Shown in pieces: positions 50,465-62,315 of a stretch of 64,000 nt of DNA. Source of the DNA: the human T2T-CHM13v2.0 reference genome, Homo sapiens; assembly GCF_009914755.1 (NCBI RefSeq), contig NC_060928.1. One strand, given 5' to 3'. The translations under genes were made by a program, and so were the position numbers. Under the pieces are notes generated by a model, which did no database searches, was not told where the DNA came from, and saw only the letters and a program-made list of their open reading frames with translations. How positions within the stretch are numbered: the first letter of the stretch is position 1; every line of letters starts with the position of its first letter.

Positions 50465-52005
50465 TTTTTTTTTTCCAAAATTCTATTCATTTAAATTGTA
50501 ACAAAATATACATAAAATGTACTATTTAACTATTCAAGTGTACAAATCACATTAAGTGCTTTCCCAATGTTATACAGTCATCACCTCTATTTCAAGAACT
50601 TTTTCATCATCCTAAATGGAAACTCTATACCAATTAAACAATTATTTCCATTCCTCCCTATCCCCAGCCCTTAATTACCTCTGTTTTACTTTCTGTCTTT
50701 GAATTTGCCTATTCTAGCGTATTAGGTAGTTCTTGCATTGCTATAAAGAAATACCTGAGACTAGGTAATTTATAAAGAAAGAGTTTTAATTGGCTCATGG
50801 TTCCACAGGCTTTACAGGAAGCATGGTGCTGACATCCCTTGGGCTTCTGGGGAGACCTCCGGAAGCTTATGATCATTGTAGAAGGAGAGGGGAGAGTAGG
50901 CAGATCACATGGTGAAAGCAGGGGGAAGAGAGAGAGAGAAAGGGGCCACACACTTTTAAACAGTCAGATCTTGTAAGAAGTCACCCACTATCATGAGGAC
51001 GGCACCAAGGGATTGGGGCTAAACCTTCATGAGAAATCCACTCCCATAATTCCAATTACCTCCCACCAGGCCCCACCTCTAATAATGGGGATTACAATTC
51101 AACCTGAGAGTTAGGTGGGGACACAGATCCAAATTATGTCATGTTGGTACCTAATGTGAGTGGAATCATACAATGTTTGTTCTCTTGTGTCTGGTTTACT
51201 TCACTTAACGTTTTCAAGGTTTATCCATATTGAAGTATATTCATATTGTAGAAAATTTTGTATCAGAATTTCTTAAGGTAGAATAATATTTCGTTGTATA
51301 TTCCACATTTTTTTTTACCACATTCATCTATTGATTGACATTTGGGTTGTTTCCACCTTTTGATGATTGTGAACAATGCTGCTACGAACATTCATGTACA
51401 AATATCTGTTCAGCCCCTGCTTTCATTTTTTTTGGTATACTCCCAGAAGTGTAATTGCTGGGTTTCATGACAACTCTATGCTTTATTTTCTGAGGAACTC
51501 TCATGCTGTTTCCTAAAGCAGCTACACCATTTTACATTCCCACCAGGAATGCATTAGGGTTTCAATTTTTCCACATATTCATCACTTGTTACTTTCTGGC
51601 TTTAGTTTAGTTTTGTTTTTAATTATAGTCATCCTAATAGGTGTGAAATAGTATGTGGTTTTGATTTGTATTCCCCTAATGGTGTTGAGCATGTTTTCAT
51701 GTGCTTATTGGCTATTGTATATCTTCTTTGAAAAAAGTGTGTATTCAAGTCCTTTGCCCATTTTTAAATTGCATTTTTTGTTTTATAGTTGGTGAGTTGT
51801 AGGAGATTTTTACAGATTCTGGATAATAATCCCTTATCAGATACATTATTTGCAAATATTTTCTCTCATTCTGTGGGTTGTCTTTTTACCTCTTGATATT
51901 GTCCTTTAATAAACAAATGTTTTAATTTTAATGAAGTGCAATTTATGTATATTTTCTTTTGTTGCCCATGTGCTTGGTGTTATATTCAAGAGAACATTGC
52001 CAGAA
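50465..52005 (-). mobile_element. L1MB 3' portion, split by MSTA
   Basis: aaaatatacataaaatgtactattt..ttcaagtgtacaaatc...ttgcctattctag | gtaccta.tgtgagtggaatcatacaa...acatttgggttgtttccacc...cagctacaccattttacattcccaccag...aatcccttatcagata. Confidence 0.9.
50718..51141 (-). mobile_element. MSTA solo LTR
   Basis: gttcttgcattgctataaagaaatacctgagact.ggtaatttataaagaaa...aattggctcatggttc.acaggct.tacaggaagcatggtgct...cctcccaccaggccccacctc...gggacacagatccaaa. Confidence 0.92.
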
Positions 52006-54329
52006 ACGCCTTTTTTTTAAAGCAAGAATTTTAAAAATAAAAGCTGGAACGATGTCCAATTAGCTTTTACAACATTATTTATTAATTTTTTTTCACTTTA
52101 CTAAGTAAAGTAAGAGAAAATTGAATGGTAAAAACTTACTGAGATTTAGCTATGTTTGTTTTTCTTACTGCATACAGAGTTGTTATTATAATACTTAAAG
52201 TGCTACTAGAAATATCCCTAATATTGTCACCATGCTATTCCAAATTAAAAAGATAAACTGTCTCTCTCCACTGCAAACTTGAAATAGATTTTTTGTGACA
52301 TTCATAAAATGCTATAATGCCTGGTTTTTTTGTAGTGGTACATGAAAAGGACTGATTTTATTTTATTACTGATGGGCAAAATTGGCAAATATCTTGTCTT
52401 TCTTCTCATAGCTCAGTGTAATTTACAGGTTAATTGTGCATCACAAACACAAAGTATTTAGATTGGAGAGTTGCCTTCTCTATATTGCTATTGATCTAAA
52501 TTCACATGAAGAAAAAAGGCATTAATTTGAGGGCAAAGAGTGTCAGAAATGATTTATAGATTTCATGGAGTGTCAGGAAGTGGACATCACTATCTGGTAG
52601 CTTTTATGAATACTAAGGATGAAATTCTGAAGAAACTAGGCTACAAAATAATTATTTCGCAGAGGCAAAATATTGACATAAAACCAATATATCTTGCTCT
52701 TAAGTGAATCGTAAAGATGAATCACTAAGATTATCCAATATCATTGCTATAAGCAAGACGATCTAACCAAACCTGTCTTCCAAGGGTATTAAAGCCTCCT
52801 TTTGTGCTATAAAAGTACCTTAAATTCTTGAAGCAAGAACCTGAAATAAGCTGGACTCACCTTCTTAAACAGAATACACAAGTCACCCATCTGTTATAGA
52901 TGAATGACCTTCGTATTTACATACCCAAAATTACCTGCTTCTAAAGCCATCTGGATAGTGTTACAATGTCCTTGTTTGACAGAATTTGTATTAAGAGGGC
53001 TAGAAGCCACCAATGAACAAAGCAAATCAGTTCAAATGGGAGATAGCAGGAAGGAACGTAGATTCATACATTCTTAGCAAAAAATTAGAGCACATAACAA
53101 AGATTAATGCTTCAACAAGAAAGAAAAATATGACTGTTGTAACAAAACATAATAAAGGTAAATATCTGTGCGAACAGTAGACGCAGGCAGTGATGTAGAA
53201 AGGATGGGATTTGGATGGCAGGGGAAGCTGATGCACCATATGTATATATATATTTATTTATTTATAAAGCATCAATTCAGTCTACATGCATAACTTGATA
53301 GCACAAAAGAAAATGTTTTATGTTATTCCCTCTTTGGATCCTTGAATGTATGTGATTTAGTAAAGAAAATTAGATTAACAGCAGATGTATGGGAATCTCC
53401 TTTATTATTTCTTTCTGCAACCTTATTGAGGGATGCCCCTTAGATAAAGAGAAAACTACTTCATTTAACACATTCTTACTTTAAAAATATTTTCCTCATC
53501 TTCCATCAATTAATAGAACCCTAGATGTCAATCTATTTCAGCTTAATGCTGCTTTCTTCAGACACATCCGGGAATTCACTAAAGTAATAAGTAGGTTTTT
53601 CCTGAAAGCACCAACTACCAGACATATTTCTCCTACAAGGTTTTTAATTGAGAGACTGTTTTTTCCAGGCACCTTTACATGGTTGTAGGTTTTATTTTAT
53701 TCAAAATGACATCTAGTTCCTGTCATAATCTGAATTGTGGCAGGGCAGAGTAGGAGATGAGTGATATATATGAGGAGGGTGATTATTCATAATTGCTACG
53801 TTTGAAGACTAGAATAAAGAAATGATTTTTCTAGTACTAAAAAAATGACACTTTTCTAAATGAAAGTGATTTTATATTTTGAAGTTGTTTCCTCTATATA
53901 AATATGATTTTCTGGTGGTTCATGAAATTTTAGTTTCTATAGTACTTCTGAAATTCAGGTAGACTACAGAGTATCAACTTGATTCCCATCCTCTGCTCCC
54001 CACACACATACACAAAAATGACAGAAACCGAATAAATATAAAAGGAGAAAATGATAGCTTAAGTAAAAACCAGTAATATTTAAGCAAAACAATGAAAATT
54101 TCCCATGAAATATCTTCATATTTGATGCAAAAATATAAAAAATCACTCGCATATACATGCTAAAAAGAGTTAAGTGCAGTTAAGTACGCCGACACACATA
54201 TTGTTCCATTTTCCTGATCTGTGTCATCTCTGGGCCTGGAAAATAGCTCCAATATTAACTGTACATGTGCTTCAAGCAATGTGCTGATTATGTAGGGGGA
54301 TTGAACTAAACCAAGGGGTTTATCAAAAT

Positions 54330-55030
54330 GGTGGAACAAATTACTTCAACATTGCCATTATCTGAGGAAGCAGGACAGGGGTTAATCTCTTGCACTGATG
54401 ACTAACATTCAGCCGTGCAGGCATCAAATAACTCTGCACAGTATTGTTAAAGGTCTTTCTGGCTCAAAGGCACATTTGTTCTGAAAGGGTTTACATTTGT
54501 TTGGTTGAGGGTAGAGGGTTTGATTGTTGACCAGGTTGAGGTCACAGACTACAATTAGGTATTTAGAAGGAATGCACATCTTGATTTCATTATCCAGAAG
54601 GTGTAACAAACAAATGTTAAAAAGGCATAAAGACCTGCAGACAGAGACACCTAGCCTGACTCCAGCCCTTACTATTTATGTGTTTTCCCTCATTTGCTCA
54701 TTTTAAAAACTCTTTGGACTACTTCAGGAAGTCGAATCAAGCTTTACTCAATTACAGTCTTTTCCTCTTTGCGCACGCTAGCCAGAGTGGTGGTTGTGCC
54801 AGGGTGTGGGTTAAGTCTTTCTTTCTGGAATCTTTGGAAGTCATCCCAATGTATTTGTCAGCTGCCAGTTTGCGGCCCTTTATTTAACGATGGGGTGGTC
54901 ACAACTGATTCTCATGGCACACGTGAAATCTATGATAAACTGGAAAATCATGTAGTGTCTTGGAAAACAGATGAAATTTTCAAAGGCGTTTGTCATTGTC
55001 TTGACATTGCCTTACATTTTAGTGTTTAGC
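54330..55030. promoter_or_regulatory. Candidate enhancer (repeat-free, CpG-retaining, motif dense)
   Basis: CAGGAAGT (54725), CACGCTA XRE-like (54774), GGGTGTGGG, TGTCAGCTG, CACGTG (54920), TCAAAGG x2, ACAAACA. Inference only. Confidence 0.3.
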
Positions 55031-55571
55031 ATGGTACATTGTTTGTTGGTTAAAAAAAGAATATTTAACAATGCTTTTGCTCTTTTTGTGAAGTTCTTCA
55101 GGGGTATATTATATTCTATGACAGTTTTAAAGATAGCTATTTCACTGTTAATGGTTTTGCTCCTCTGGTGTTCTACACTTGAAATTTTCTTTATAAAGGA
55201 AATGTTCATATATATTAGACAGAAACACTCTTTAGGATTAATCTACTAAAAAGAAAAGTATTTCCTTCAAAAGGCCAGTCAGTAGTCTGGGGTATAGAAA
55301 ATGTTACATTACTTACTCAATATTGAATATTTTATTCATATTGGCTTTGCAAAAAATAAATCCTTTGAGAAATTTTAGTTTCGGTATTTAAGATTCATGC
55401 TCATAAGACATTTCCTCCATATGTCAATGTAGGAACCACTTTTCTTTTTTGAAGATACATTTTAATATAGAAATGACAATGATATTGGAAAACACAGAAG
55501 GTCAAAATAAAAAGTATCTATATCAAGTATTTATTTATTTTCCATTAATTCAACCATATTTAAATGTCTAC

Positions 55572-56125
55572 TGTATTAGAACTAACTGTATGTGTATGTG
55601 TGCATGTATATATATACACACATAAATATATGCATATATACACATATAGTTAGTTGTATATGTATATCATACATACACATATTTATTATAAAGTATTTGC
55701 ACAGATGATTATGGCAGCTGAGAAGCCCTATGATCTATCTGTCCTCTGTAAGCTGGAGACCCAGGAAATACAGTGGTGTAGTTCAAAGCCCTGAGAGTCA
55801 GAGAGCTAAATGTTTAGATTTCAGTCTGAGTCTGAAAGCCTGAGAAACAAGAGCACCAAGGGCAGGAGAAGAGTGATGCCCTGGGTCGGCAGTCAGGCAG
55901 AGAGCAAATCCAGCCTTCCTTCAACGTCTTATCCTCTTCCAGCCCTCAAGGGTTTGGATGATGCCCATCCACATGGAGGAGGGCCATCTGCTTTACTCAG
56001 TCCACCAATTCAACTGCTAATCTATTTTGGAAACACCCTCACCGACACACTCAGAAATGATGTTTAACCAGCTATCTGGGCCTCCAATGGCCCAGTTAAG
56101 TCAACACATGACAATAACCAACACA
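55572..56125 (-). mobile_element. MLT2B-type (ERVL) solo LTR with internal TA/CA-rich simple repeat
   Basis: gattatggcagctgagaag...tgtaagctggagacccagga...ggatgatgcccatccacat..gagggccatctgctttactcagtccaccaattcaa...aacaccctcac.gacacactcagaaatgatgttt; TSD tctac/tttac. Confidence 0.92.
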
Positions 56126-56408
56126 TTTACCAAGTTCCAGACACTGTTGTAGGTTTGGAATTTATAGCAGTGAAAAATAAATAAAAGAAAAAACAAAATC
56201 CTGAGATCCTTTCCCTTATGATGACACAACAAAAAGAAAGATAGGTACAATACAGAATCTGTTAGGTAGTGATAATGCCAAGAAAAAGTAAGAAGGCACA
56301 TGGTAAGGAAAACACATGTGTATGGGAGAGGCTCTCCTAGAGTTTGTGGTGATTCAGACAGGGTGTAAAGGGAGTCCTCACCAAAATGCTCATGTCTGAG
56401 TAAGCACC

Positions 56409-56792
56409 TATCACACTCTGTTTGGTTTGCTATAACAGAATACCTGAGATTGGGTAATTTATAAACAAAAGAAATGTATTTCTCAAGGTTCTGGAGGCTG
56501 GGAAGTCCAAGATCAAGGGACCAGCAGGTACCATTGTTGGGTGAATGCTGCTCTCTACTTCCAAGATGGCTCCTTGACCCTGCCTCATCCAGAGAGGAGG
56601 AGCACTGTGCCTTCACATGGCAGAAGGCAGAAGGCCGAGTGAGTCAAATGCTGCATGAGGCCTCTTATAAGGGCCTAAATTGTTTTCCAAGGGAGAATTC
56701 CTTACGGCCTGCACACCTCAAAGGCCACACCTTTCAACATCATCACCTTGGCAACATCTGAATTTTGGAGGGCATACATTTAAATTATAGCA
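56409..56792 (-). mobile_element. MSTC/D-type MaLR solo LTR
   Basis: ttgctataacagaatacctgaga.tgggtaatttataaa...ttctggaggctgggaagtccaagatcaagg...cttcacatggcagaagg...tgaattttggaggg..acatttaaattatagca; perfect 5-bp TSD gcacc (56404-56408, 56793-56797). Confidence 0.9.
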
Positions 56793-57384
56793 GCACCTGA
56801 AAGAGGTGAAGGAGAAAGGCACAGGATTTCTAGAGGAGGACTCTTCCAGAGAGAGGGACACTCCAAGGACAAATGCCCTGATGCAGGACCACACCTGACA
56901 TCAGAGTTTCAGAGCAGAGTGAGCTAGGAGAAGAGGAGGAAAGTCAGGGTGGAAGAGGTTGTAGAAGTGAGAGGAGTCACCTATGTCAGACCTTGTGCAT
57001 CATTAGGGAGTAATTGGAGAGTTTTGAGCAGAGGAGTGATATTCTTTGACCTATTTTTAACAGGATTCTCTGCATGCTTGGTTGTGAATAAACTGCCAAA
57101 GGCAGAGCAAAGAAACTAGTTAGGAGATTATTGCAATAATTAATAATATTTTTGGAAGATAAGATTTACACCCATAAAATTAGTAGAAAATAATGCAAAG
57201 AAAAATGTAATTATGCTGCCACATGATTCTCCTTTTAATCCTCTTAAAGGATGGCTCAACACTACCAAAGTTGTTTCATACTTTTCCTTCGTTCCCTAAG
57301 CCTGACATTTCTATCATACTGCACTGTATAGTGAACTGGAAAAAAATTGCCTCCAACTTTGTAAAAAATATTCTACCACTTTTT

Positions 57385-57580
57385 CCAGTAAAAATTTGTT
57401 GAGCATCAAATATGTTCCAGGCATAAGATTGTCACTAGAGATATAAAGATGAATAACAAATAGCTTTCTCTTCAAAATTCTCAAAGTCCCATAAGCAAAA
57501 CAGAAACATAAAAAGATATACGTAGTACAATTTAGAAACACAATGCCAGAGATGTGCCCAGGGTATGTTGGAAGCACAAA
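57385..57580 (-). mobile_element. L2 3' fragment
   Basis: atttgttgagcatcaaatatgttccaggca...agagatataaagatgaataa...tgcccagggtatgttggaagcaca. Confidence 0.65.
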
Positions 57581-57714
57581 CTATATACAAAGTATGGAGT
57601 TACCTTTTATTCTAGAAAATTAGGAAAAATTTCAGGGTATTGTTTCTAGTAAACTTAATTCTCCTCAAACCCTTGTCTCCACATCCTTAAAACATAGAAA
57701 AGCTATATACCCAG

Positions 57715-57830
57715 TGTGATGGTTAATTTTAGTTGTCAACTTGACAGGATTAAGGAATACTTAGAGAACTGGTAGAGTGTTACTTCTGAGTGTGTGTGTG
57801 AGGGGATGTTTCCAGAGGGGATTGACATTT
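57715..57830 (+). mobile_element. MLT2 LTR 5' fragment
   Basis: tgtgatggttaattttagttgtcaacttgac.ggattaaggaatac.tagagaactggta...ctgagtgtg...gtttccagagg.gatt. Confidence 0.85.
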
Positions 57831-58928
57831 TTCTGCTTCCTGATGATATGATAGTCACAGTTTATTTTCAATATTACTCATGAAAATCTATGAAAGACTG
57901 GAAAATCAAGCAGTGTATTTGGAGAAAAGGAATAACATTTGCAACAGCAATCATAAGTAGAAAGTGTAAAGGGCTCACCTAAAAGAAGAAACAGTAGTAA
58001 CATAGTTTTTTCTGGATTAGATGTAATAATTACCATAGGCATAATGAGTTTATTTTAGCATGGTGTTTGCCAGATACCTCACCTGATTCCGTTTTGATAA
58101 TTGTAACCAATTGTGTTAGTTGGCTAACATCAACTGGGAAAACAGTAGTCTTAATTCCAAGCCACACAATTCTGAACATGACTTTATTTGGCTTTTTCCT
58201 TCTTATATCGATAACATTTAAATGACCTTTTCAAAGTACCTGCCACACATAGCAATTGCTCAGTAATGCACAAGGGTATGAAAAACATAATCAAATTATA
58301 GATGATACAAATAGCTAACAATTGCGCATTTTCCCTTCCAAATTTCTCACAGAAACTCTCAAGAAGAACACAAGAACAAAGTTTAAAATCATTGGGAACT
58401 AGGTATTCTATTCAAATTGTACGAGAATCCTGAAACTCAATAGCAGGAGTAAGCATGCAGCTAGAAAAGAGTTCCAGGCACTCCATGACAAGCCTCTATC
58501 TCAGGAACATTCAGGCATCAGCATCAGACATTCATTTCACAAATATTTATTGAACATTAACTGTGTTATAAGAACAAGCCAAACTATATCGTAAAGCAGA
58601 GAAAGCATAGTTCCTACTTAGTACTTAGAGGGGACATCTAACCATACTTAGAAGAATTAGAGAGATGCTTTTGGATATGATATGTGATGATTTGAAATAA
58701 CATTAGGAGCTAGCCAGAAGGCTGTGGTCATGCTGTGTGTGTTTGTGTTTAGTGGTGTTTGTAATACAGTGTAGTATAGTCAGACAAGGGAATGGGGAAA
58801 GATGGCGAAGAGGTTTTAAGGCTGAGTGAACAGCATGTGCAAAGTTTGCAAATAAGGAAAGGACTGTAAGTAGTTTGTGGGATTATCAATAGGTTCATGT
58901 GGGCTGAGAGTAGAGTCCACTGGGGGAG

Positions 58929-59712
58929 TGTTACAGCCCAATGGGTTCTTCTTCCTGCTGCACAGATAAAGCCCCAATTCACTGAGACAGAGGGCTTGCA
59001 ACACAAAAAGAGTTTAATTATCACAAGGCAGTTGAAGAAGGATGGGAGATTTTTCTCAAACTCGCCTTCCCCAAAGCATGGGGGCTAGGCTTTTTAGTAT
59101 AAGTTGGCAGGCAGACGGCTAGGGAATGGGTGCTGCTAATTGGTTGAGGATGAAACCATAGGAGTGTCCAAACTGTCTCCATGTGCTGTAATACCCACCC
59201 AGTCAGTCTCTGGGTTGAGTCAGCTCCTTGGTATGAGTCACAGGTCCAGGTGGCATCCATTTGTCTACCCAAATGCAGAAGTATGAAAAATATCTCAAAC
59301 ACCAGTCTTAGGTTTTACAATAGTGATGATATATACAGGAGCAATTGCAGAAGTTACAAAAATCTTGTGACCTCCAGACACATGACTCCTGAGCAGTAAG
59401 CAAGCTAGGGAAAAATGGCTGGTTATCGTTTAGCTATGTTCACATCTTAGCAGAATTCAGGCCCTTCCCATAATCCTAAACTTGTGGCCTTTCATTAGTC
59501 TTACAGAGGTGGTTTCAGTCCCCAGAGGGGGTCTGTCTTGGGAAAGACTATTATCCTCACTTCAGTTAAGCTATAAACTAAATTCCTCCCATAGTTAGTT
59601 TGGCCTGTGCCCGGGAATGAGCAAGGACAGTTAACCTGTGAAATTAGAAGCAAGATGGAGTCAGTTAGGTTAGAATTCTCTCACTGTTACAATTTTTGCA
59701 AAGGTGGTTTCA
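58929..59712 (-). mobile_element. LTR8-family (LTR8A/B-like, ERV1) solo LTR
   Basis: Minus strand starts TGAAACCACCTTTGCAAAAATTGTAACAGTGAGAG...CTGACTCCATCTTGCTTCTAA...CTGTCCTTGCTCATTCC and ends TGTAACA; 4-bp TSD ggag/agag. Confidence 0.85.
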
Positions 59713-60509
59713 AGAGTAATGAAGCTACAGTGATAATCAGAGGCCATGTATAAAGGCATTCTATGCCATCCTAAGAAGTTTGTGCTTTAGACTTTAACGG
59801 GAAGCATTTCAAAAGGTTTTAATCAGGGAATTATTATGATTAGGCTTACATTTCAGAAAAGTAAATTAGATTGGTATGAGAGACACTAGTTAGGAAGTTG
59901 TGGCAGAAATTTATGCTAGCAGTGATTGTGGCCTGAACTAAGGTAATTGCTATAGGAGCTCAAGGCAACAAATATATTAAAGAGATTTTAAATAAAAATA
60001 TAATATTCAGGGAAAGTACATTAAAAAGATAATGATTGGCACTTGGCAATCAATTGAATATAGGATATCAAGAACAAAGATTCGCTTAAAATATCAGGGC
60101 TTTTGACTTGGGTAAACGAGTAGATTACATCAACTTTTCAAATCAGGAGTATATTTGGAGACTGAGTGCAAGTAATGACAAATCAACATTTCCAATATAT
60201 TCAGTATGAAATGCCCAAAGGATGTTCAAGGAAAGACCTTCTCTGGTAAATTACATATATGTGTCTGGGGTGAAGAAATGGTGTGGAGTAAAAATTAAAA
60301 TTATGGGAACAGATGAACTCATTCAGGATGCGCAGGAAATGTGATATGAGAAAAAGCTGATAACACCTTGAAAAACATTGAGGAATGTAGCAGAATAGGC
60401 ACCTATTTTGAGACTGTGTCAGAGTAGCCAGAAAGGTAGACATAAACCAGATAATGACATAGAAACCAAGGATTTTAGAGAATGTATACTACAATCAAAT
60501 CATGATTTA

Positions 60510-60580
60510 CTGTGAATGAGTCAATACTTGTAAAGCACATAGAATAATGCCTGGCACATGGTAGGTTCTCTATAAATGGC
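60510..60580 (+). mobile_element. MIR 3' fragment
   Basis: aatgagtcaatacttgtaaagcacatagaataatgcctggcacatggtagg..ctctataaatgg. Confidence 0.7.
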
Positions 60581-60687
60581 ATCAAATACTGCTGAGAAAT
60601 TAAGTAAATGTAACTAAAATCTTCCTTTTAACATCACCAACCTGTCAATGCAAATGGAAACTGTCTTAGTCTGTTTGCGCTGATAAA

Positions 60688-60823
60688 GATTTTGTATTTT
60701 TTTGCAGACAGGGTTTTGCCATGTTGCCCAGGCTGATCTTGAACTCCTGGACACAAGGTAGGTATCAACCCGTCTCAGCCTCTCAAAGTTCCTGGATTAC
60801 AGGTGTGAACCACCATGTCCACC
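60688..60823 (-). mobile_element. AluJ left arm / FLAM-like fragment
   Basis: ttttgtatttttttgcagacagggttttgccatgttgcccaggctgatcttgaactcctgg...ctcagcctctcaaagt..ctggattacaggtgtgaaccacc. Confidence 0.85.
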
Positions 60824-61139
60824 ATTAAATTGCTTCTTTATACATGAAATATATAATGATAAATTATTTTTAGCTTGCACTTAAAATTTGACACCCACAG
60901 AACAATTAATTTTTTATTTAAAAAGATTGAGGATTAAAAAAAGAGAATATCTCAAAAATATATGAAATTTTTACAAGAATAGACAAATGAAAATTCTGAC
61001 ATGGGTAAAAGTATGTTTAACACATCATGATCTATCAAAAATGGAGAGTATGTAGGTAGAAAAATAGATTAGGTAGATTTTTCAAAAAATAAAATTTACA
61101 AGTGGGGAGAGAGAGAGGAGAATAAAGGGAAAAATACAG

Positions 61140-61550
61140 GCTAAATTTCTTTGAATATATATATTTTTAATTTGATTTTGGAATCATGTAAGTATTATAC
61201 ATGGTTGTAAAAAATTAAGGAAAAGTGTAATAATCAAACATTATAACAGTGTATTTACTTGGTGACATAACCTCACAGAGGAGAACCACTCCAAGTGACT
61301 TTAAAACATAATAATTTTGTTGTTCTTACCTAATAGAATATTCTCTATGGAAAAAATGCAGCCCTCAAATAAGAAACTATTAAACTCTTTTCAGATATCA
61401 TAAAAAAATTGAGGATGGAAATGCAAACTTGGATATTGTATATGATATATTAAAGGGATGTTATATATGATATATTAAGGTCTTATGCATTTTTCTCAGT
61501 GCATCCATATTCTTCTAATATAAGGAAGATACTTATGAGTATCAAAAATT
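61140..61550 (+). mobile_element. L1MC4/5-like 3' UTR relic
   Basis: ttggtgacataacctcacagaggagaa....ccaagtgactttaaaacat..taatttt...aatagaatattct. Confidence 0.55.
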
Positions 61551-62067
61551 ATGAAAACCATATTTGGAAAAATTACAAAGTCAACACAGACACATACCAC
61601 ACAAAAACTGATTTTTTCTCTTGCATTGTAGCTTGAAACTTCATTTATTATTTTAAGTGGGTTTTATAGAAAATGATTCCTTTTTACATTACTTACAATT
61701 CCTACAAGGATTCTTATTCAATTTAGATTTTTCTTTTAACTTGATAACAATACTCTCACTAGAAGTGATGAGAATTAATTTGAAAAACTATGAACTCTAG
61801 AAATTGAATAAATTATTCAAAAAACACTCATGCTTCAAAATTATGGCAGTGATAGGAGACTTGGGAAGAAAATGTGAGCCCAGAAGATTATAAAACATGC
61901 TCCCTTGTCCCCTGCTTCTGACTCAATGACAACCATTCCTGGAATAATGGCCGAGAAAGGAAGGCTCTCTAAGTCACGGAGCCTCACTTGATTTTGGAAT
62001 CAAGTTGATTCTAAAATTTAATTCCCTGAATTTAAAAAACTATGAAATGTAATGATGTTCACAAATA

Positions 62068-62315
62068 GGAAATATAGTGCAGTGATTAAGAGAATAAACT
62101 TTAGAATCAGACAGACTTGTATTCAGTTCCATGTACTAGTTGTGGGCCTTGAGCAAATTATTTCAACTGTTTCCTCACCTATAAAATGAAAATATCATCA
62201 AAGATACTTCATGGATTTATGGTCCGAGTAAAGGAAACAATGCATGTAAATTACTTGCCATAGTGCTTGTCAAATAGAAAGCATTCAGTAAGTATTTTCT
62301 ATTTTTATTATTATG
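62068..62315 (+). mobile_element. MIR, near full length
   Basis: atagtgcagtgattaagag....actttagaatcagacagactt...tactagttgtgggccttgagcaaattatt...tgtttcctcacctataaaatg...aatgcatgtaaa...atagtgcttg.caaatag.aagcattcagtaa. Confidence 0.85.

Larger units (their letters stand above)
55527..57140 (-). mobile_element. L2, interrupted by MLT2 and MST LTRs
   Basis: attcaaccatatttaaatgtctac | ttccagacactgttgtagg..tggaatttatagcagtgaa...tgagtaagcacc | tgaaagaggtgaagga...ggagagttttgagcagaggagtgat...caggattctctg...gttaggagattattgcaataat. Confidence 0.8.
58530..60640 (-). mobile_element. L2, interrupted by LTR8 and a MIR fragment
   Basis: ttcatttcacaaatatttattgaaca...gaacagcatgtgcaaag | ccatcctaagaagttt...aaggttttaatcaggga...ctagttaggaagttgtggcag...ggcctgaactaagg...gggcttttgacttgggtaa. 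Confidence 0.75.
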
